Source: Candidatus Multivorans sp. (GTDB lineage Bacteria > Acidobacteriota > Thermoanaerobaculia > Multivoradales > Multivoraceae). From it: a stretch of 64,000 nt of DNA. Below are positions 17,466 through 30,020 of this stretch, in pieces (within the stretch, counting starts at the first letter, position 1; every line of letters starts with the position of its first letter). The stretch is taken from contig OZ251997.1 in assembly GCA_965247095.1 (NCBI GenBank), forward strand, positions 1,280,001-1,344,000, given 5' to 3'. Both the position numbers and the translations under genes were made by a program. Under the pieces are notes generated by a model. That model ran no database searches. It was not told the origin of the DNA and saw only the letters and a list, made by a program, of their open reading frames with translations.

Positions 17466-18497
17466 ATGGTCCAAACGACCGAGTTGTCGACGCCACGAAG
17501 GGAGTCCGGTTCCTGGCTGGGCGATCCGTCGCCGTCCAGTACCGATGCTGGTGCGGAGCAGACGCCGCTTGACGTCAGCGTGCTGGTGCCGGTGCTGAAC
17601 GAGGAGGCCACCGTCGCCAGCCTGACGGAGCGTGTTCTGGCGAACCTGGACGCCCTGGGCGTCCGCTCCGAGGTCCTGTTCATCGACGACGGCTCGACCG
17701 ACGGCACGTTCGAAGAGGTGCGGCGGCAGCACGAGCGCGATCCACGGGTCCGCGTCATCCGCCTGCGCCGGAACTTCGGCAAGGCGGCGGCGCTCTCGGC
17801 AGGGGTCGATTACGCCCGCGGCCGCATTCTGGTCACGATGGACGGCGATCTGCAGGACGATCCAGACGAGATTCCCCGCCTCCTGCAGGCCCTCGAAGAC
17901 GGACCCCTCGATCTGGTCAGCGGCTGGAAGCGAACCCGGCGCGACCCACTGCGGCGCCGCATGGCTTCGAAGGTCTTCAACTGGGTAACGCGCACACTCT
18001 CCAAGGTCGAGCTGCACGACTTCAACTCGGGTTTCAAGGCCTATCGTCGCGAGGTTCTGGAGCAGGTGGCCGTCTACGGCGAACTCCATCGGTACATTCC
18101 GGTTCTCGCCAGCCGCCGCGGCTTCGTCATCGGCGAGATCCCCGTTGCCCACCATCCACGCCGGGTCGGCCGCAGCCGGTACGGATGGGATCGGTCCTAC
18201 AAGGGCCCGGTCGACCTGATCACGGTGCTCTTCATCAGCCGCTTCACCCGCCGGCCGCTGCATCTCTTCGGACCGATCGGCCTGATCAGTTGTGCTCTGG
18301 GCTTTGGCATCTGCTCCTATCTGGCCGTGCTCTGGTTCACCGGCGCCTCCCTCTCGAACCGGCCCCTGCTGCTGCTTGGCGTCCTGCTCATGGTGCTGGG
18401 CATTCAGATCGTCACCACCGGCCTGATCGGCGAGCTGATCACCTTCAAGAACTTCCGCCGGCACGACAGCTACTCCGTTCGCGAGCGGGTTGGCTGA
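17466..18497 (+). CDS. GT2 glycosyltransferase, polyprenol-phosphate type (ArnC/GtrB-like)
   Basis: SVLVPVLNEE, IDDGSTD, RNFGKAAAL, MDGDLQDDP, HDFNSGFK, two C-terminal TM helices. Confidence 0.92.
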   Translation: MVQTTELSTPRRESGSWLGDPSPSSTDAGAEQTPLDVSVLVPVLNEEATVASLTERVLANLDALGVRSEVLFIDDGSTDGTFEEVRRQHERDPRVRVIRLRRNFGKAAALSAGVDYARGRILVTMDGDLQDDPDEIPRLLQALEDGPLDLVSGWKRTRRDPLRRRMASKVFNWVTRTLSKVELHDFNSGFKAYRREVLEQVAVYGELHRYIPVLASRRGFVIGEIPVAHHPRRVGRSRYGWDRSYKGPVDLITVLFISRFTRRPLHLFGPIGLISCALGFGICSYLAVLWFTGASLSNRPLLLLGVLLMVLGIQIVTTGLIGELITFKNFRRHDSYSVRERVG

Positions 18498-19833
18498 GGG
18501 CGACTTGCCTGAAGCGAACCTGACCTCGGCAGCGGAACGGGGCGGGCGAACCGGCGCCCCCGAGGCGGGTCTGCGGATCCTCTTCCTCACCCAGACCTAC
18601 CCCCGCTGGCCGGGCGACACGGCGGGACCCTTCATCCGCGAACTGGCCCGCGGCCTGGTCCGCGGCGGCGACCGCGTCACCGTGCTGGCGCCGCGCGCGG
18701 AGGGCGTGCGTTCCGCCTGGATCGACGACGGCGTCGAGGTCCGCACCTTCGCCTACGCGCCACGACGGCTGGAGGTGCTCGGCTATGGACGCAGTCTGGC
18801 CGCCGACGAGCGCATCCGGCCTGGCGCCGGTCTGGCGGCGCCGCTCTACCTGCGCGCCGCCGCCTCCGCGGTCGCCCGCCATCTCGCGCGCGACCCCTAC
18901 GATCTGCTCCACGCGCACTGGCTCGCCCCGAACGGACTGGTGGCGCTGTGGCCAGGCGTGCGCAAGCGGGGCACCCTGATCGCCGCGGGTCTGCACGGCA
19001 GCGACGTCTTCCTGGCCGAGAAGGCCGTGGTGCGTCCCGCGATCCGGCGCGTCCTGAAGCGCTGCCAACTTTTGACCGGCTGCTCGCCGGAACTCGTGGA
19101 CCGGGTCCTGAGACTGGGTTACCACGGCAAGCCGCACCGGGTCATCCCCTACGGCGTCGACGTCGACCTCTTCTGTCCCGCCACCGAGGCCGCGGACCCA
19201 CCGAGCGGCGACGGGTGGCGTGAACGCCTCGGCATCCCCGACCACGCCACGGTGCTGCTCGGCGTCGGGCGGTTGGCGACAAAGAAGGGATTCCACGTCC
19301 TGGTCGACGTGCTACCCCGGCTCCTGGCCGAGTTCGACGACCTGCACGCCGTCATCGCCGGCGGCGGCGACCAGATGCCCGAACTCCTGGCCGCCGTAGC
19401 GGAGTGGGCGCCGGAACACACCGGTCGAGTCCACTTTCCCGGTCTGGTCGCCCACGACGATCTGCCCGACCTCTACCGCAGCGCCGACCTCTTCGTCCTA
19501 CCTGCTGTCCACGACCCGCAGGGCAATGTCGACGGCCTGCCCAACGTGATCCTCGAGGCTCTGGCAAGCGGCCTGCCCGTGGTTTCCACAGCGATCTCGG
19601 GGATCCCACTCGCGATCGAGTCCGGCGTCCACGGAATCCTCGTCCTGGAGCAGGACCGCGCCGCCCTCAAGGACGCGATCGCCGGTCTGCTCGCCGCGCC
19701 CGAGCGACGGCGCCGGATGGCGGTACGAGCGCGCGCCAAAGCCGTCTCGCAACTGACTTGGGACATCGTGTCCGGCGCCTATCGCGACGCCTACCTGGAA
19801 GCCCTATCGCAGCGGGAGCGCCGCCGACGGTGA
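18490..19833 (+). CDS. GT4 glycosyltransferase
   Basis: HAHWLAPNG, VGRLATKKG, DGLPNVILEALASGLPVV. Confidence 0.92.
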   Translation: MAEGDLPEANLTSAAERGGRTGAPEAGLRILFLTQTYPRWPGDTAGPFIRELARGLVRGGDRVTVLAPRAEGVRSAWIDDGVEVRTFAYAPRRLEVLGYGRSLAADERIRPGAGLAAPLYLRAAASAVARHLARDPYDLLHAHWLAPNGLVALWPGVRKRGTLIAAGLHGSDVFLAEKAVVRPAIRRVLKRCQLLTGCSPELVDRVLRLGYHGKPHRVIPYGVDVDLFCPATEAADPPSGDGWRERLGIPDHATVLLGVGRLATKKGFHVLVDVLPRLLAEFDDLHAVIAGGGDQMPELLAAVAEWAPEHTGRVHFPGLVAHDDLPDLYRSADLFVLPAVHDPQGNVDGLPNVILEALASGLPVVSTAISGIPLAIESGVHGILVLEQDRAALKDAIAGLLAAPERRRRMAVRARAKAVSQLTWDIVSGAYRDAYLEALSQRERRRR

Positions 19834-20570
19834 AGGGAGTCGGCGAGGAGGTCGCGTTCGGCCCACAGAGCCGAAAGGCCTGGTGGACCGTCCTGGTCGC
19901 CGCCATGACCCTGCCGACCGTCGCCTCGCTCGCGTACTTCGTCTGGCTCGAAGGCACCGCCTGGGTCGCGCCCGCCTACCTCGGCGCCAAGGTGCTCCAG
20001 TTCGCGGGCCCGGTGGCAGCCCTCGGCGCACTGCTCGCGGCGGCAACCGGGCCGTCACGCCCGGGCCGCTCGGTGGCCCTGGGTCTGAGCACCGGCATCG
20101 CCGGCGCCGCCTCCACCTGGATTGCCTACGTGGCGCTGTTTCGGGGCGGCGACATGGCGGCCCGGGCCACTGAAGCAATCACCGTCAAGCTCGCCGACTT
20201 CCACCTCGACGCCCTCTGGCGCTTTGTCGTCGCGGCCCTCCTCATCAGCTTCCTCCACTCCTGGCTCGAGGAGGTCTACTGGCGGGCGTTCGTCTACCGC
20301 TGGCTCCAGCGCCTGACGTCCTCCGAGTGGGCCCTGATCGTCGCCGCCCTCGGCTACGCGGCCCACCACGTCGTCGTCATCGGCGTCTACATTGGCGACG
20401 CGTCGGTTCTGGTGGTGCTCCTCATGGCGGCGCCCGTCGTTCTCGGAGGCGTCCTCTACTCCCTGCTCTACCGCGCCACCGGTAACCGCCTCCTGGCGCC
20501 CTGGATCAGCCACGTCTGCTTCGACCTCGCCATCATGGCGGTCGGCTACGACCTGATCTTCGGCGGCTGA
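19830..20570 (+). CDS. CPBP (CAAX/Abi) intramembrane glutamic endopeptidase
   Basis: EEVYWR, AAHH, SHVCFD motifs; GTG start overlapping upstream stop. Confidence 0.85.
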   Translation: MKGVGEEVAFGPQSRKAWWTVLVAAMTLPTVASLAYFVWLEGTAWVAPAYLGAKVLQFAGPVAALGALLAAATGPSRPGRSVALGLSTGIAGAASTWIAYVALFRGGDMAARATEAITVKLADFHLDALWRFVVAALLISFLHSWLEEVYWRAFVYRWLQRLTSSEWALIVAALGYAAHHVVVIGVYIGDASVLVVLLMAAPVVLGGVLYSLLYRATGNRLLAPWISHVCFDLAIMAVGYDLIFGG

Positions 20571-20583
20571 GCCGCGGTGGCTG

Positions 20584-21684
20584 CTACCGGCCGCGCGGAG
20601 CGTCGGTGCGCGCCGTCGGCAGGCCCTGCTCGCGCAGCCAGTCGTCGTTGTAGATCGTGCTCAGGTAGCGGGTGCCGGAGTCGGGAAACAGGGTGACCAC
20701 CCGCGCCCCCGGGTGCAGCTCGGGCAGGATCTCGCGCACTCCCCAGAGCGCCGCGCCGCTTGAGCCGCCCACCAGCATCGCCTCCTCCCGCGCGAGTTCC
20801 CGGGCGGCCAGGAACGCCTCCGCGTCGCTCACCTGGAGCATCCGGTCGAAGACATCGAACTCCGGGCAGTCGATGATCTCTTCATCGCCAAGTCCTTCGA
20901 GCAGGTAGCGGCCAGGCGCCGCCGAGTCGTCCTGCGCCCCCGACAGCGCCGCGAAGTGGCGGCTGAACACCGAACCTTCGACATCGACAGCGACCACCCG
21001 AATCTTCGGATCCTGCTCCTTCAAGTACCGGCCCACGCCGGAGACGGTGCCGCCGGTGCCGATGCCGCCGACGAACACATCGATCCGCCCTTCCATCTGT
21101 CGCCAGATCTCCGGGGCGGTGGTCTCGTAGTGGCACCTGTTGTTGTCGCGGTTGTTGTGCTGATCGGGGAAGAAGGCGTCGGGATCCGCGGCGGCCAGGC
21201 TCCGTGCCTTCCGGTTGTATGACTCCGGGTGCTCAGGGGGCAGATCGCCGTCCACCAGGATCAGCTCAACGCCCAGGGCGCGCAGACAGTCGAGCTTTTC
21301 CCTGCTGGTCTGGCTGCGGACCACGGCACGGCAGCGCAGCCCCCGGTTCGTCGCCATCATCGCCAGCCCCATTGCCGTATTGCCGGAGGAAGCCTCGATC
21401 ACCACGCCTCCCGGCGAGAGCCTTCCCGAGGCGAGCGCACGGTCCACGAGGTACCGCGCCACGCGGTCCTTCACGCTACCCATCGGGTTCAGGTACTCGA
21501 GCTTCGCGAAGACACAGGTCTCGCTCCGGGCCGTGCCCAGCGAACGGCGGAGACGCACCATGGGCGTGCCGCCGATCGCCTCGCTCACATCCTCGCAGAC
21601 CTTCTCCGCAAGACCCTCTGGAGGGACACGAGCACCGCTCAAGATGGCGGAACCCCCGGACCTGCCGCGCACACTCCTAACCAT
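20584..21684 (-). CDS. Cysteine synthase / cystathionine beta-synthase family PLP enzyme
   Basis: AKLEYLNPMGSVKDR, EASSGNT, GIGTGGT, GGSSGA, FPDSGTRYLST. Confidence 0.9.
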   Translation of the reverse strand: MVRSVRGRSGGSAILSGARVPPEGLAEKVCEDVSEAIGGTPMVRLRRSLGTARSETCVFAKLEYLNPMGSVKDRVARYLVDRALASGRLSPGGVVIEASSGNTAMGLAMMATNRGLRCRAVVRSQTSREKLDCLRALGVELILVDGDLPPEHPESYNRKARSLAAADPDAFFPDQHNNRDNNRCHYETTAPEIWRQMEGRIDVFVGGIGTGGTVSGVGRYLKEQDPKIRVVAVDVEGSVFSRHFAALSGAQDDSAAPGRYLLEGLGDEEIIDCPEFDVFDRMLQVSDAEAFLAARELAREEAMLVGGSSGAALWGVREILPELHPGARVVTLFPDSGTRYLSTIYNDDWLREQGLPTARTDAPRGR

Positions 21685-22357
21685 CTCCGCCAGCCTCCGA
21701 CAGACGATCGCGGACGAGCTGCATGTCTTCCCAGGCCGCCCGCTTGTACGACGGATCCCGCAGCAGGAAGGCCGGATGGTAGGTAACCCGAACCGGTACG
21801 CCCGCCACTTCATGCCAGCGCCCACGCAGGCGGCCCAGAGAGTCCCGCGTCTGCAACAGTTGCTGGGCGGCGACTCGACCGAGGGCGACGATCACCCGAG
21901 GGGCGATGAGTTCCACCTGCCGGTCGAGGAACGAGCGGCAGGCGGCGGCTTCGTCGGGCTGCGGATCGCGGTTGTTCGGCGGCCGGCACTTGACCACGTT
22001 CGTGATGTAGACATCCTCCCGCCGCAGATCGATGGCCTGGATGATCCGGTTCAGGAGTTGGCCGGCCGGTCCCACGAAGGGCAGGCCCTGCTGATCCTCG
22101 TGGTAGCCGGGCCCCTCGCCAACAAACATCAGGTCCGCGTCACCGTCGCCGTCGCCGAACACGACCGTGTTGCGCTGCTCACAGAGCCGGCATGCGGTAC
22201 AGCCCTGAGCCTCCTCCGCCACCGCCTGCAGACGGTCAGAGCGGTCTCCCGCACCTTCCCGCACGGTTTTCACCGCCCGCGGCGGATAGGCATCCTCGAA
22301 GCCGAGCTCTCGCAGCAGACCGAGTTCCTGCCCCACCGAGAGTTGAAGTCGCGTCAC
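21677..22357 (-). CDS. Uracil-DNA glycosylase family 4
   Basis: CTACRL, GEGPG, PFVGPAG, KCRPPNNR, TYHPA. Confidence 0.93.
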   Translation of the reverse strand: MTRLQLSVGQELGLLRELGFEDAYPPRAVKTVREGAGDRSDRLQAVAEEAQGCTACRLCEQRNTVVFGDGDGDADLMFVGEGPGYHEDQQGLPFVGPAGQLLNRIIQAIDLRREDVYITNVVKCRPPNNRDPQPDEAAACRSFLDRQVELIAPRVIVALGRVAAQQLLQTRDSLGRLRGRWHEVAGVPVRVTYHPAFLLRDPSYKRAAWEDMQLVRDRLSEAGGDG

Positions 22358-22363
22358 GAGCCC

Positions 22364-23599
22364 TTAGCCCGAAGCGGCCCTGTCGCCGGCAAACAACTCC
22401 AGCAGACGGCCCGCCAGTTCGTCCTTCGACTGCTTTGGGAACCGGACGGGTCCGCCCTTGCGGCCGAAGACGACTACCTCATTGTCCGTCGCCTCGAATC
22501 CGATGTCAGGCCGCGACACGTCGTTGGCGACGATCCAGTGCGCCTGCTTCGCCTCCAGCTTGCTCCGCGCCGACTCCTCGAGGTGTTCAGTCTCGGCCGC
22601 GAAGCCGACGCGCGTCGCCTGAGGCGCCAGCGACGCCAGGCCGGCGAGGAGGTCGGGGTTCTGCTCCAGTTCGAGCACCAGACCGTCGGCGCCTGACTTC
22701 TTGAGCTTCTGGCCGGCAGGCTCGCGCGGCCGGTAGTCGGCGACCGCGGCGGCCATCACAACGAGGTCGGCCGCCGGCGCCGTCTCTCCGAGCGCCGCCT
22801 GCATCTCGACCGCCGAGACGACATCGATCCGCTGCACGCCCTCAGGAGTCTCCTGGTTCACGGGTCCGGCGACGAGAGTGACCTCCGCGCCCCGGAGCGC
22901 CGCCTGACGCGCCAGGGCGAAGCCCATGCGCCCGCTCGACCGGTTGCCGAGGAAACGAACGGGATCGATCGCCTCGTAGGTCGGGCCGGCTGTGACGACG
23001 ACTCGCCAGCCGGCCAGCGGACCCACAGGCGAGGCGGCCCCGGTCTCCGGCAGCGCCAACTTCCGGCACACCGCGTCCACGATCGCCTCCGGTTCGGCCA
23101 TACGGCCCCAACCCCGCTCGCCCGAAGCCAGCGCGCCTTCGACCGGCCCCACGATCAGGGCGCCGCGGCGGCTCAGCGTCTCGACCTGGGCGCCGACCTG
23201 CGGTTTGCGCCACATCGCGTCGTGCATTGCCGGCGCCACCACCACCGGGCCCTCGAACATCAGAGCGGTGGTGCTCAGGAAGTCGTCCGCGAGACCGAGA
23301 GACAGGCGGGCCAGCGTGTTGGCGGTCGCCGGCGCGACGCAGAGCAGATCGGCCCACTGCGCCGCCTCGACATGGAGTTCGGCGCCGTCCACGCCGCCGT
23401 CGCGCGACAGGTAGCTCTGGCCGTAGACCCGTTCGCCGCTCAGCACCTCGAGGGTGAGCGGCGACACGAAACTCTCAGCCGCCAGGGTCGGCGCGCAGCG
23501 TACGGCGATCCCCCGCTCACGAAGCCGGCGGACCAGGTAAGCGCCCTTGTAGGCGGCTATCCCGCCGCTTATGCCGAGAAGGACTCTGGCAGCGGGCAC
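22364..23599 (-). CDS. coaBC: Phosphopantothenoylcysteine decarboxylase/ligase
   Basis: GGIAAYK, APATAN, TAGPTYEAIDPVRFLGNRSSG, AAVADY, GFAAET. Confidence 0.96.
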   Translation of the reverse strand: MPAARVLLGISGGIAAYKGAYLVRRLRERGIAVRCAPTLAAESFVSPLTLEVLSGERVYGQSYLSRDGGVDGAELHVEAAQWADLLCVAPATANTLARLSLGLADDFLSTTALMFEGPVVVAPAMHDAMWRKPQVGAQVETLSRRGALIVGPVEGALASGERGWGRMAEPEAIVDAVCRKLALPETGAASPVGPLAGWRVVVTAGPTYEAIDPVRFLGNRSSGRMGFALARQAALRGAEVTLVAGPVNQETPEGVQRIDVVSAVEMQAALGETAPAADLVVMAAAVADYRPREPAGQKLKKSGADGLVLELEQNPDLLAGLASLAPQATRVGFAAETEHLEESARSKLEAKQAHWIVANDVSRPDIGFEATDNEVVVFGRKGGPVRFPKQSKDELAGRLLELFAGDRAASG

Positions 23600-23611
23600 A
23601 CCGTGAGACTC

Positions 23612-23878
23612 CTAGTTGACTGTGCTGCGCCGCCCGAAGGCATCGTCCCCGGGCTGCGGATTGCCGTCCTCGACGCTACCCGACTCCGGAGACTCGGGCG
23701 CCTCGCCGTAGTCCCACTCGATCACGTCGTGCTGTATCTCGCTCATCGCGTGCCGGGCGAACTTCGGGCTCTCCCGTGGCATGCGTTCCTGAGCGCCGCG
23801 AATCAACTGCTCGGCGCGGCGCGCGGCCAGGAGGACGAAGCGGAACTTGCTATCTATTTTCTCAGGAAAACGGGCCAT
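23612..23878 (-). CDS. rpoZ: RNA polymerase omega subunit
   Basis: IDSKFRFVLLAARRAEQL; lies between gmk and coaBC. Confidence 0.92.
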   Translation of the reverse strand: MARFPEKIDSKFRFVLLAARRAEQLIRGAQERMPRESPKFARHAMSEIQHDVIEWDYGEAPESPESGSVEDGNPQPGDDAFGRRSTVN

Positions 23879-24524
23879 GTGCATGAAAGTCCGCGAGAAC
23901 GCTGCGTACACGCTCCCGCATCCGCTCCCTTCGCTGTCGTTTCTCGAGAATGATGGCTGCCAGGGTCTCACTGGCCGCCTCGGCGCGGTCGTTGACAATA
24001 ACATAGTCGTAGTCCCGCACGCGGCCCAATTCGCCCAGCGCACCCTGGAGCCGCTGCCGGATCGCCGGCGCCTCATCCAGATCGCGTCCCCGGAGGCGCG
24101 CCACCAGCGCCTGGGGGCTCGGCGGCATCACGAAGATGCTGTGGACCGCGGTACCCAACTGGCCCGCCGCACCCCCGGTGGCCATCACCTGGGCGGCGCC
24201 CTGCACGTCGATGTCCAGCAGCACATCCACTCCCCTCTCGATCCGGGGCAGGACCTCGTCGACCGATGTCCCGTAACGGTTGCCGTGGACGTCCGCCCAC
24301 TCAAGAAATCGGTTCTCCGCCACCATGGACGCGAACGCGTCCCGCTCCACGAAGTGGTAGTCGACGCCGTCCCTCTCGTTCTCGCGGGGACGGCGGGTAG
24401 TGTGGCTGATCGAGAACTCGACCCCGGCGACGAGTTCCATCGCCCGATGCACAAGCGTGGTCTTCCCGGCGCCGGACGGCGCCGAAAGTATGAACAGCTC
24501 CCCTCTCGCCGTGCCCGCGGTCAT
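23862..24524 (-). CDS. gmk: Guanylate kinase
   Basis: SAPSGAGKTT, SHTTRRPR, DGVDYHFV, LDIDVQGA. Confidence 0.96.
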   Translation of the reverse strand: MTAGTARGELFILSAPSGAGKTTLVHRAMELVAGVEFSISHTTRRPRENERDGVDYHFVERDAFASMVAENRFLEWADVHGNRYGTSVDEVLPRIERGVDVLLDIDVQGAAQVMATGGAAGQLGTAVHSIFVMPPSPQALVARLRGRDLDEAPAIRQRLQGALGELGRVRDYDYVIVNDRAEAASETLAAIILEKRQRRERMRERVRSVLADFHAHGPFS

Positions 24525-25441
24525 TCGATGTTCTGCACCTGCTCCCGCAACTGCTCGCACAGCACCTTACCCTCGACGACCGCGCGCTGCATCGCCAGGT
24601 CCCGGCACTTGGACCCGACCGTGTTCAGCTCCCGCAGGATCTCCTGGGTCAGGAAGTCGAGTCGCCGCCCCACCGCGCCCTCTTCGGCCATTGCGGCCGC
24701 AAAGCCCTCCAAGTGGCCGCTCAGCCGTTCCAGTTCCTCGACCGTGTCGCTGCGCTCGATCAGCAGGGCGACCTCCTGAACCACGCGCACCGGGTCGAGT
24801 CCGACGCCCGCCGCGTCCGCCGCTTCGTGTCCCTCGAGCAGTTCCAGCACCCGCCGCTCCAACTCGTTCAGGGCCCGTGCGACCACCTCTCCGCGGCGCG
24901 CAGCAAGGGCTTCCACGCTACCCCGCAGCTCGCAGAGATGGCCCCGAAGAGCGTCCTCCAGGGCCTGTCCCTCCCGTTCCCGTTCGGCCACGAGAGCAGC
25001 CACCGCACGCCGGCAGACCCGCACCGCGAGCGCCATCTCCTCCGCCCCCATGACGGACGGCCCGGCTTCCGGTCGCGATACGCGCGCGGCCGACATCAAC
25101 TCGCCGGCACTCAGCTCCGACGCCACGAGACCCCGACGCCGCCAGCGCCGGGCGACCCGTTGCAGGGCATCCGCCGTCTCGTCGCACACGTCCACGGTCG
25201 CGGCGCCAGCCGCCGTTTCGATTTCAACGCCGAGCTCGACCCGGCCGCGCCGGATCTCCGCCGCGACCACCGCACGCAACTCCGGCTCCAGAACCCGGTA
25301 GGGCGCCCGTAGACGCACTGCGAAGTCGAGAAAGCGGTGGTTGACGGTCCGGGCCGTGACGGTCACGCGGTGGGTACCGCTCTGTTCGGCCGCCTCCCCG
25401 ATCCCGGTCATGCTTCTCAGGGTCGGCCCCCTTCCCGACAT
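24521..25441 (-). CDS. yicC: YicC/YloC family endoribonuclease
   Basis: RSMTGIG, VNHRFLD, GRRLDFLTQEILRELNTVGSK, LREQVQNIE. Confidence 0.93.
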   Translation of the reverse strand: MSGRGPTLRSMTGIGEAAEQSGTHRVTVTARTVNHRFLDFAVRLRAPYRVLEPELRAVVAAEIRRGRVELGVEIETAAGAATVDVCDETADALQRVARRWRRRGLVASELSAGELMSAARVSRPEAGPSVMGAEEMALAVRVCRRAVAALVAEREREGQALEDALRGHLCELRGSVEALAARRGEVVARALNELERRVLELLEGHEAADAAGVGLDPVRVVQEVALLIERSDTVEELERLSGHLEGFAAAMAEEGAVGRRLDFLTQEILRELNTVGSKCRDLAMQRAVVEGKVLCEQLREQVQNIE

Positions 25442-26673
25442 CGCCTGTTCATCGAAAGTTCCTGCAGGAGGCTCCGGGCGGCCCTCTCGCTGGCGCCGGA
25501 CTCCCCGAGCGCCGGCCGGAGTTCGGCCAGATCCGCCCGCATGTTGTCGATCCGGCACCGTTTGGACAGGAGTTTCCGCGCCGTCGCCGCCATTTGCGCC
25601 TCACCAGCCTCACCCTGGAGCAGTTCCGGTACGACCCGACGACCGAGCACCAGGTTGACCAGGCTGACGAACGGCAGGTTAACCAACCATCGGCCGATGA
25701 GCCCGGTCAGCGGCGACACCCGGTAGACCACAACCATGGGCGTGCCCAGGAGCCCCACCTCCAGGGTCGCAGTGCCGGAAGCGCAGAGCGCGAGATGAGA
25801 GCCGGCAACCGCCGCAAACCGCCCTGAGCGGACCATCTCCAGGTCCTCGCGGGCTAGCGGGCTCGCCGCGACCAGACGATCAACCAGATCGGCATCCACC
25901 GTAGGCGCCAGGATCAGGCGAATGCACGCGGCGTCGTTACCGGAACCGGCTGCCGTCGTACCGTGCACTCGCCCGCCCGCCACGGCTGCCGCGGCCCGCA
26001 GCATCGGCGACAGGATCCGTCGCACCTCACTGTTGCGCGAGCCCGGCAGCAGCGCCACCGTCGGCCGTGCCGGCAGATCCGCCTCCACGTCCCACACCGA
26101 CTGGAGTTGGGGCACCTCATCGACCAGGGGATGGCCGACGTGCTCCACCTCGAGTTCGTGCCCCCGGTACACGTCGACCTCGAACGGAAAGAGCACGAGC
26201 ATGCGTTTCACCAGGCGGGCGATCGTTCCTATCCGGCGCCGGCGCCACGCCCACACCTGCGGCGACACGTAGTAGAGCACCGGCACGCCACGCCTGTGAA
26301 GCCGCCGGGCCAGGCGCAGATTGAAGTCCGGGAAATCGACCAGCACCGCCAGCTCCGGCCGGCGCTTCTCGACTGCCCTGAGCAGCCGGCGAAAGACCTG
26401 TCGAATCCGCGGCAGCTCCCGCAGAACCTCGACGATGCCGACCACGGCCACCTCGTCGCTGTGCGCGACCGGGTCCAAACCCGCCGCAGCCATCGCGTCG
26501 CCGCCGAGTCCGAAGAAGCGAATCGGCCCCTGGTCCCCAGCCAGACGCCGCACCGCTTCCATCATTCGCGCCGCGTGGTGGTCGCCGGAGGCCTCGCCGG
26601 CGGAGATCAGGACGGCCGGGCTGCCTTGGATCAGCGGGTTTGTCCTCAGGGAATCGGCGCCGGCGGCGACCAT
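25417..26673 (-). CDS. lpxB: Lipid-A-disaccharide synthase
   Basis: AGEASGD, VDFPDFN, YYVSPQVWAWR, LLPGSR, SGTATLE. Confidence 0.95.
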   Translation of the reverse strand: MVAAGADSLRTNPLIQGSPAVLISAGEASGDHHAARMMEAVRRLAGDQGPIRFFGLGGDAMAAAGLDPVAHSDEVAVVGIVEVLRELPRIRQVFRRLLRAVEKRRPELAVLVDFPDFNLRLARRLHRRGVPVLYYVSPQVWAWRRRRIGTIARLVKRMLVLFPFEVDVYRGHELEVEHVGHPLVDEVPQLQSVWDVEADLPARPTVALLPGSRNSEVRRILSPMLRAAAAVAGGRVHGTTAAGSGNDAACIRLILAPTVDADLVDRLVAASPLAREDLEMVRSGRFAAVAGSHLALCASGTATLEVGLLGTPMVVVYRVSPLTGLIGRWLVNLPFVSLVNLVLGRRVVPELLQGEAGEAQMAATARKLLSKRCRIDNMRADLAELRPALGESGASERAARSLLQELSMNRRCREGGRP

Positions 26674-26843
26674 GGGAACGGGAACATCAACCAGGCCAGC
26701 ACCAAGCCCCCGCCGACCATGCCGATCATCATCTGCGCGAAGAGCCGCACCCTGTCCTTGAACCGCCGCCGCCACAGCACGGCGAAGAACAGGCTGACCT
26801 GGACGGCGTAGATCACCATCAAGGCGAAGTGGCTGGTTATCAC
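26646..26843 (-). CDS. Small two-TM membrane protein
   Basis: AAGGAG RBS then GTG ITSHFALMVIYAVQVSLFFAVLW...LAWLMFPFP; operonic position. Confidence 0.7.
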   Translation of the reverse strand: MITSHFALMVIYAVQVSLFFAVLWRRRFKDRVRLFAQMMIGMVGGGLVLAWLMFPFPWSPPAPIP

Positions 26844-26848
26844 TTCGA

Positions 26849-27259
26849 CTACTCCTTCGATCCGCTGGCGATGTCCCAGGCGTCGAACACCGCCAGGAGA
26901 TTGAGAAGACCGGCAGTCAGCAGGAACGCCTTGCCGTACTCGAAGGTCGAAGACAGGACGTCGCCGCTGTACTCCACCAGGTAGCGGGCCACGAAGTACG
27001 GGGCGCCGGCGCCCATCGAACTCAGAGTGGCCAGCCGGCTGAGCGGCTGCTCCGGCACGACGACGTAGAGGTGACCCCGGAGCCAGCACCCGAACAGGAA
27101 GGAGAACAGGACCACGCCGAAGACGACGGCAGCGCGACGCGGCTTGCGCAGAATCAGGTGGCCGCTGCCGGGCACCGCCCAGGCTGCAACCGTCACGAGC
27201 ACAGGCCGGAGCACACCGCTGGGCGCGGCGGGAGGGCCGGCTGGAGGCGAAGTCGTCAT
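26849..27259 (-). CDS. DUF6677-like membrane protein
   Basis: AWAVPGSGHL...EYGKAFLLTAGLLNLLAVFDAWD pattern. Confidence 0.75.
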   Translation of the reverse strand: MTTSPPAGPPAAPSGVLRPVLVTVAAWAVPGSGHLILRKPRRAAVVFGVVLFSFLFGCWLRGHLYVVVPEQPLSRLATLSSMGAGAPYFVARYLVEYSGDVLSSTFEYGKAFLLTAGLLNLLAVFDAWDIASGSKE

Positions 27260-27313
27260 CTGGGCGCAGCGGGCTCAAGCCGGGCCTTGTGGGGCCCGGT
27301 CTGACTACCAAGG

Positions 27314-27637
27314 TCACTCGTCAGAGTTCAAGCGCTCCTTGAGTTCCTTGCCGGGCTTGAAGTACGGGATCTTCTTGGAGGGAACATCGACCCGGGCGCC
27401 TGTCTTCGGGTTGCGACCGATCCTGGAACCCCGCTCGCGGATGCGAAAACTCCCGAAGCCGCGAAGCTCGATCTTGTCGCCGTCCTTCAGGGAGTCGACG
27501 ATGCTCTCGAGCACCGTGCTCACGATGACTTCGGCGTCCTTCTTCGTCAAGTCGGTGCTGCGCGCCACTTCCTCGACCAGGTGAGCCTTGGTCATCCCCT
27601 GGCGGATGGCTTCAGAGATCTGGATCGCATCTTTCAT
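27314..27637 (-). CDS. ihfB: Integration host factor beta / HU family DNA-binding protein
   Basis: MTKAHLVEEV, IELRGFGSF, GRNPKTG, FKPGKELKERLN; downstream of rpsA. Confidence 0.9.
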   Translation of the reverse strand: MKDAIQISEAIRQGMTKAHLVEEVARSTDLTKKDAEVIVSTVLESIVDSLKDGDKIELRGFGSFRIRERGSRIGRNPKTGARVDVPSKKIPYFKPGKELKERLNSDE

Positions 27638-27666
27638 TTTCAGCTTTCTCCCCTTAGCCGGCCCGC

Positions 27667-29793
<2,127 letters not shown>

Positions 29794-29931
29794 GGGTTCC
29801 TGTGTTCTCGCTTCGGTCGGTGGACCGTGCGGTGGGCGTTTCTAGGTAGTGAGCGCACCGACAATCGGGCCCGTGACGCACTGCGCAAAGCAGACGTCGA
29901 GGCCCGAACGGACGCCAAGGTCAGACTGACA

Positions 29932-29960
29932 AGTATAGGGACGCAGCCGGAAGCGGTCAA
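29932..29960 (-). promoter_or_regulatory. Sigma70-type promoter of rpsA operon
   Basis: Minus strand TTGACC-17 nt-TATACT, ~140 nt upstream of rpsA. Confidence 0.7.
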
Positions 29961-30020
29961 CCGCCCGGCGGCTCGCAGAACGTGCCATCCCGTATGGCCT
30001 AATCACTCATTCCACAACAC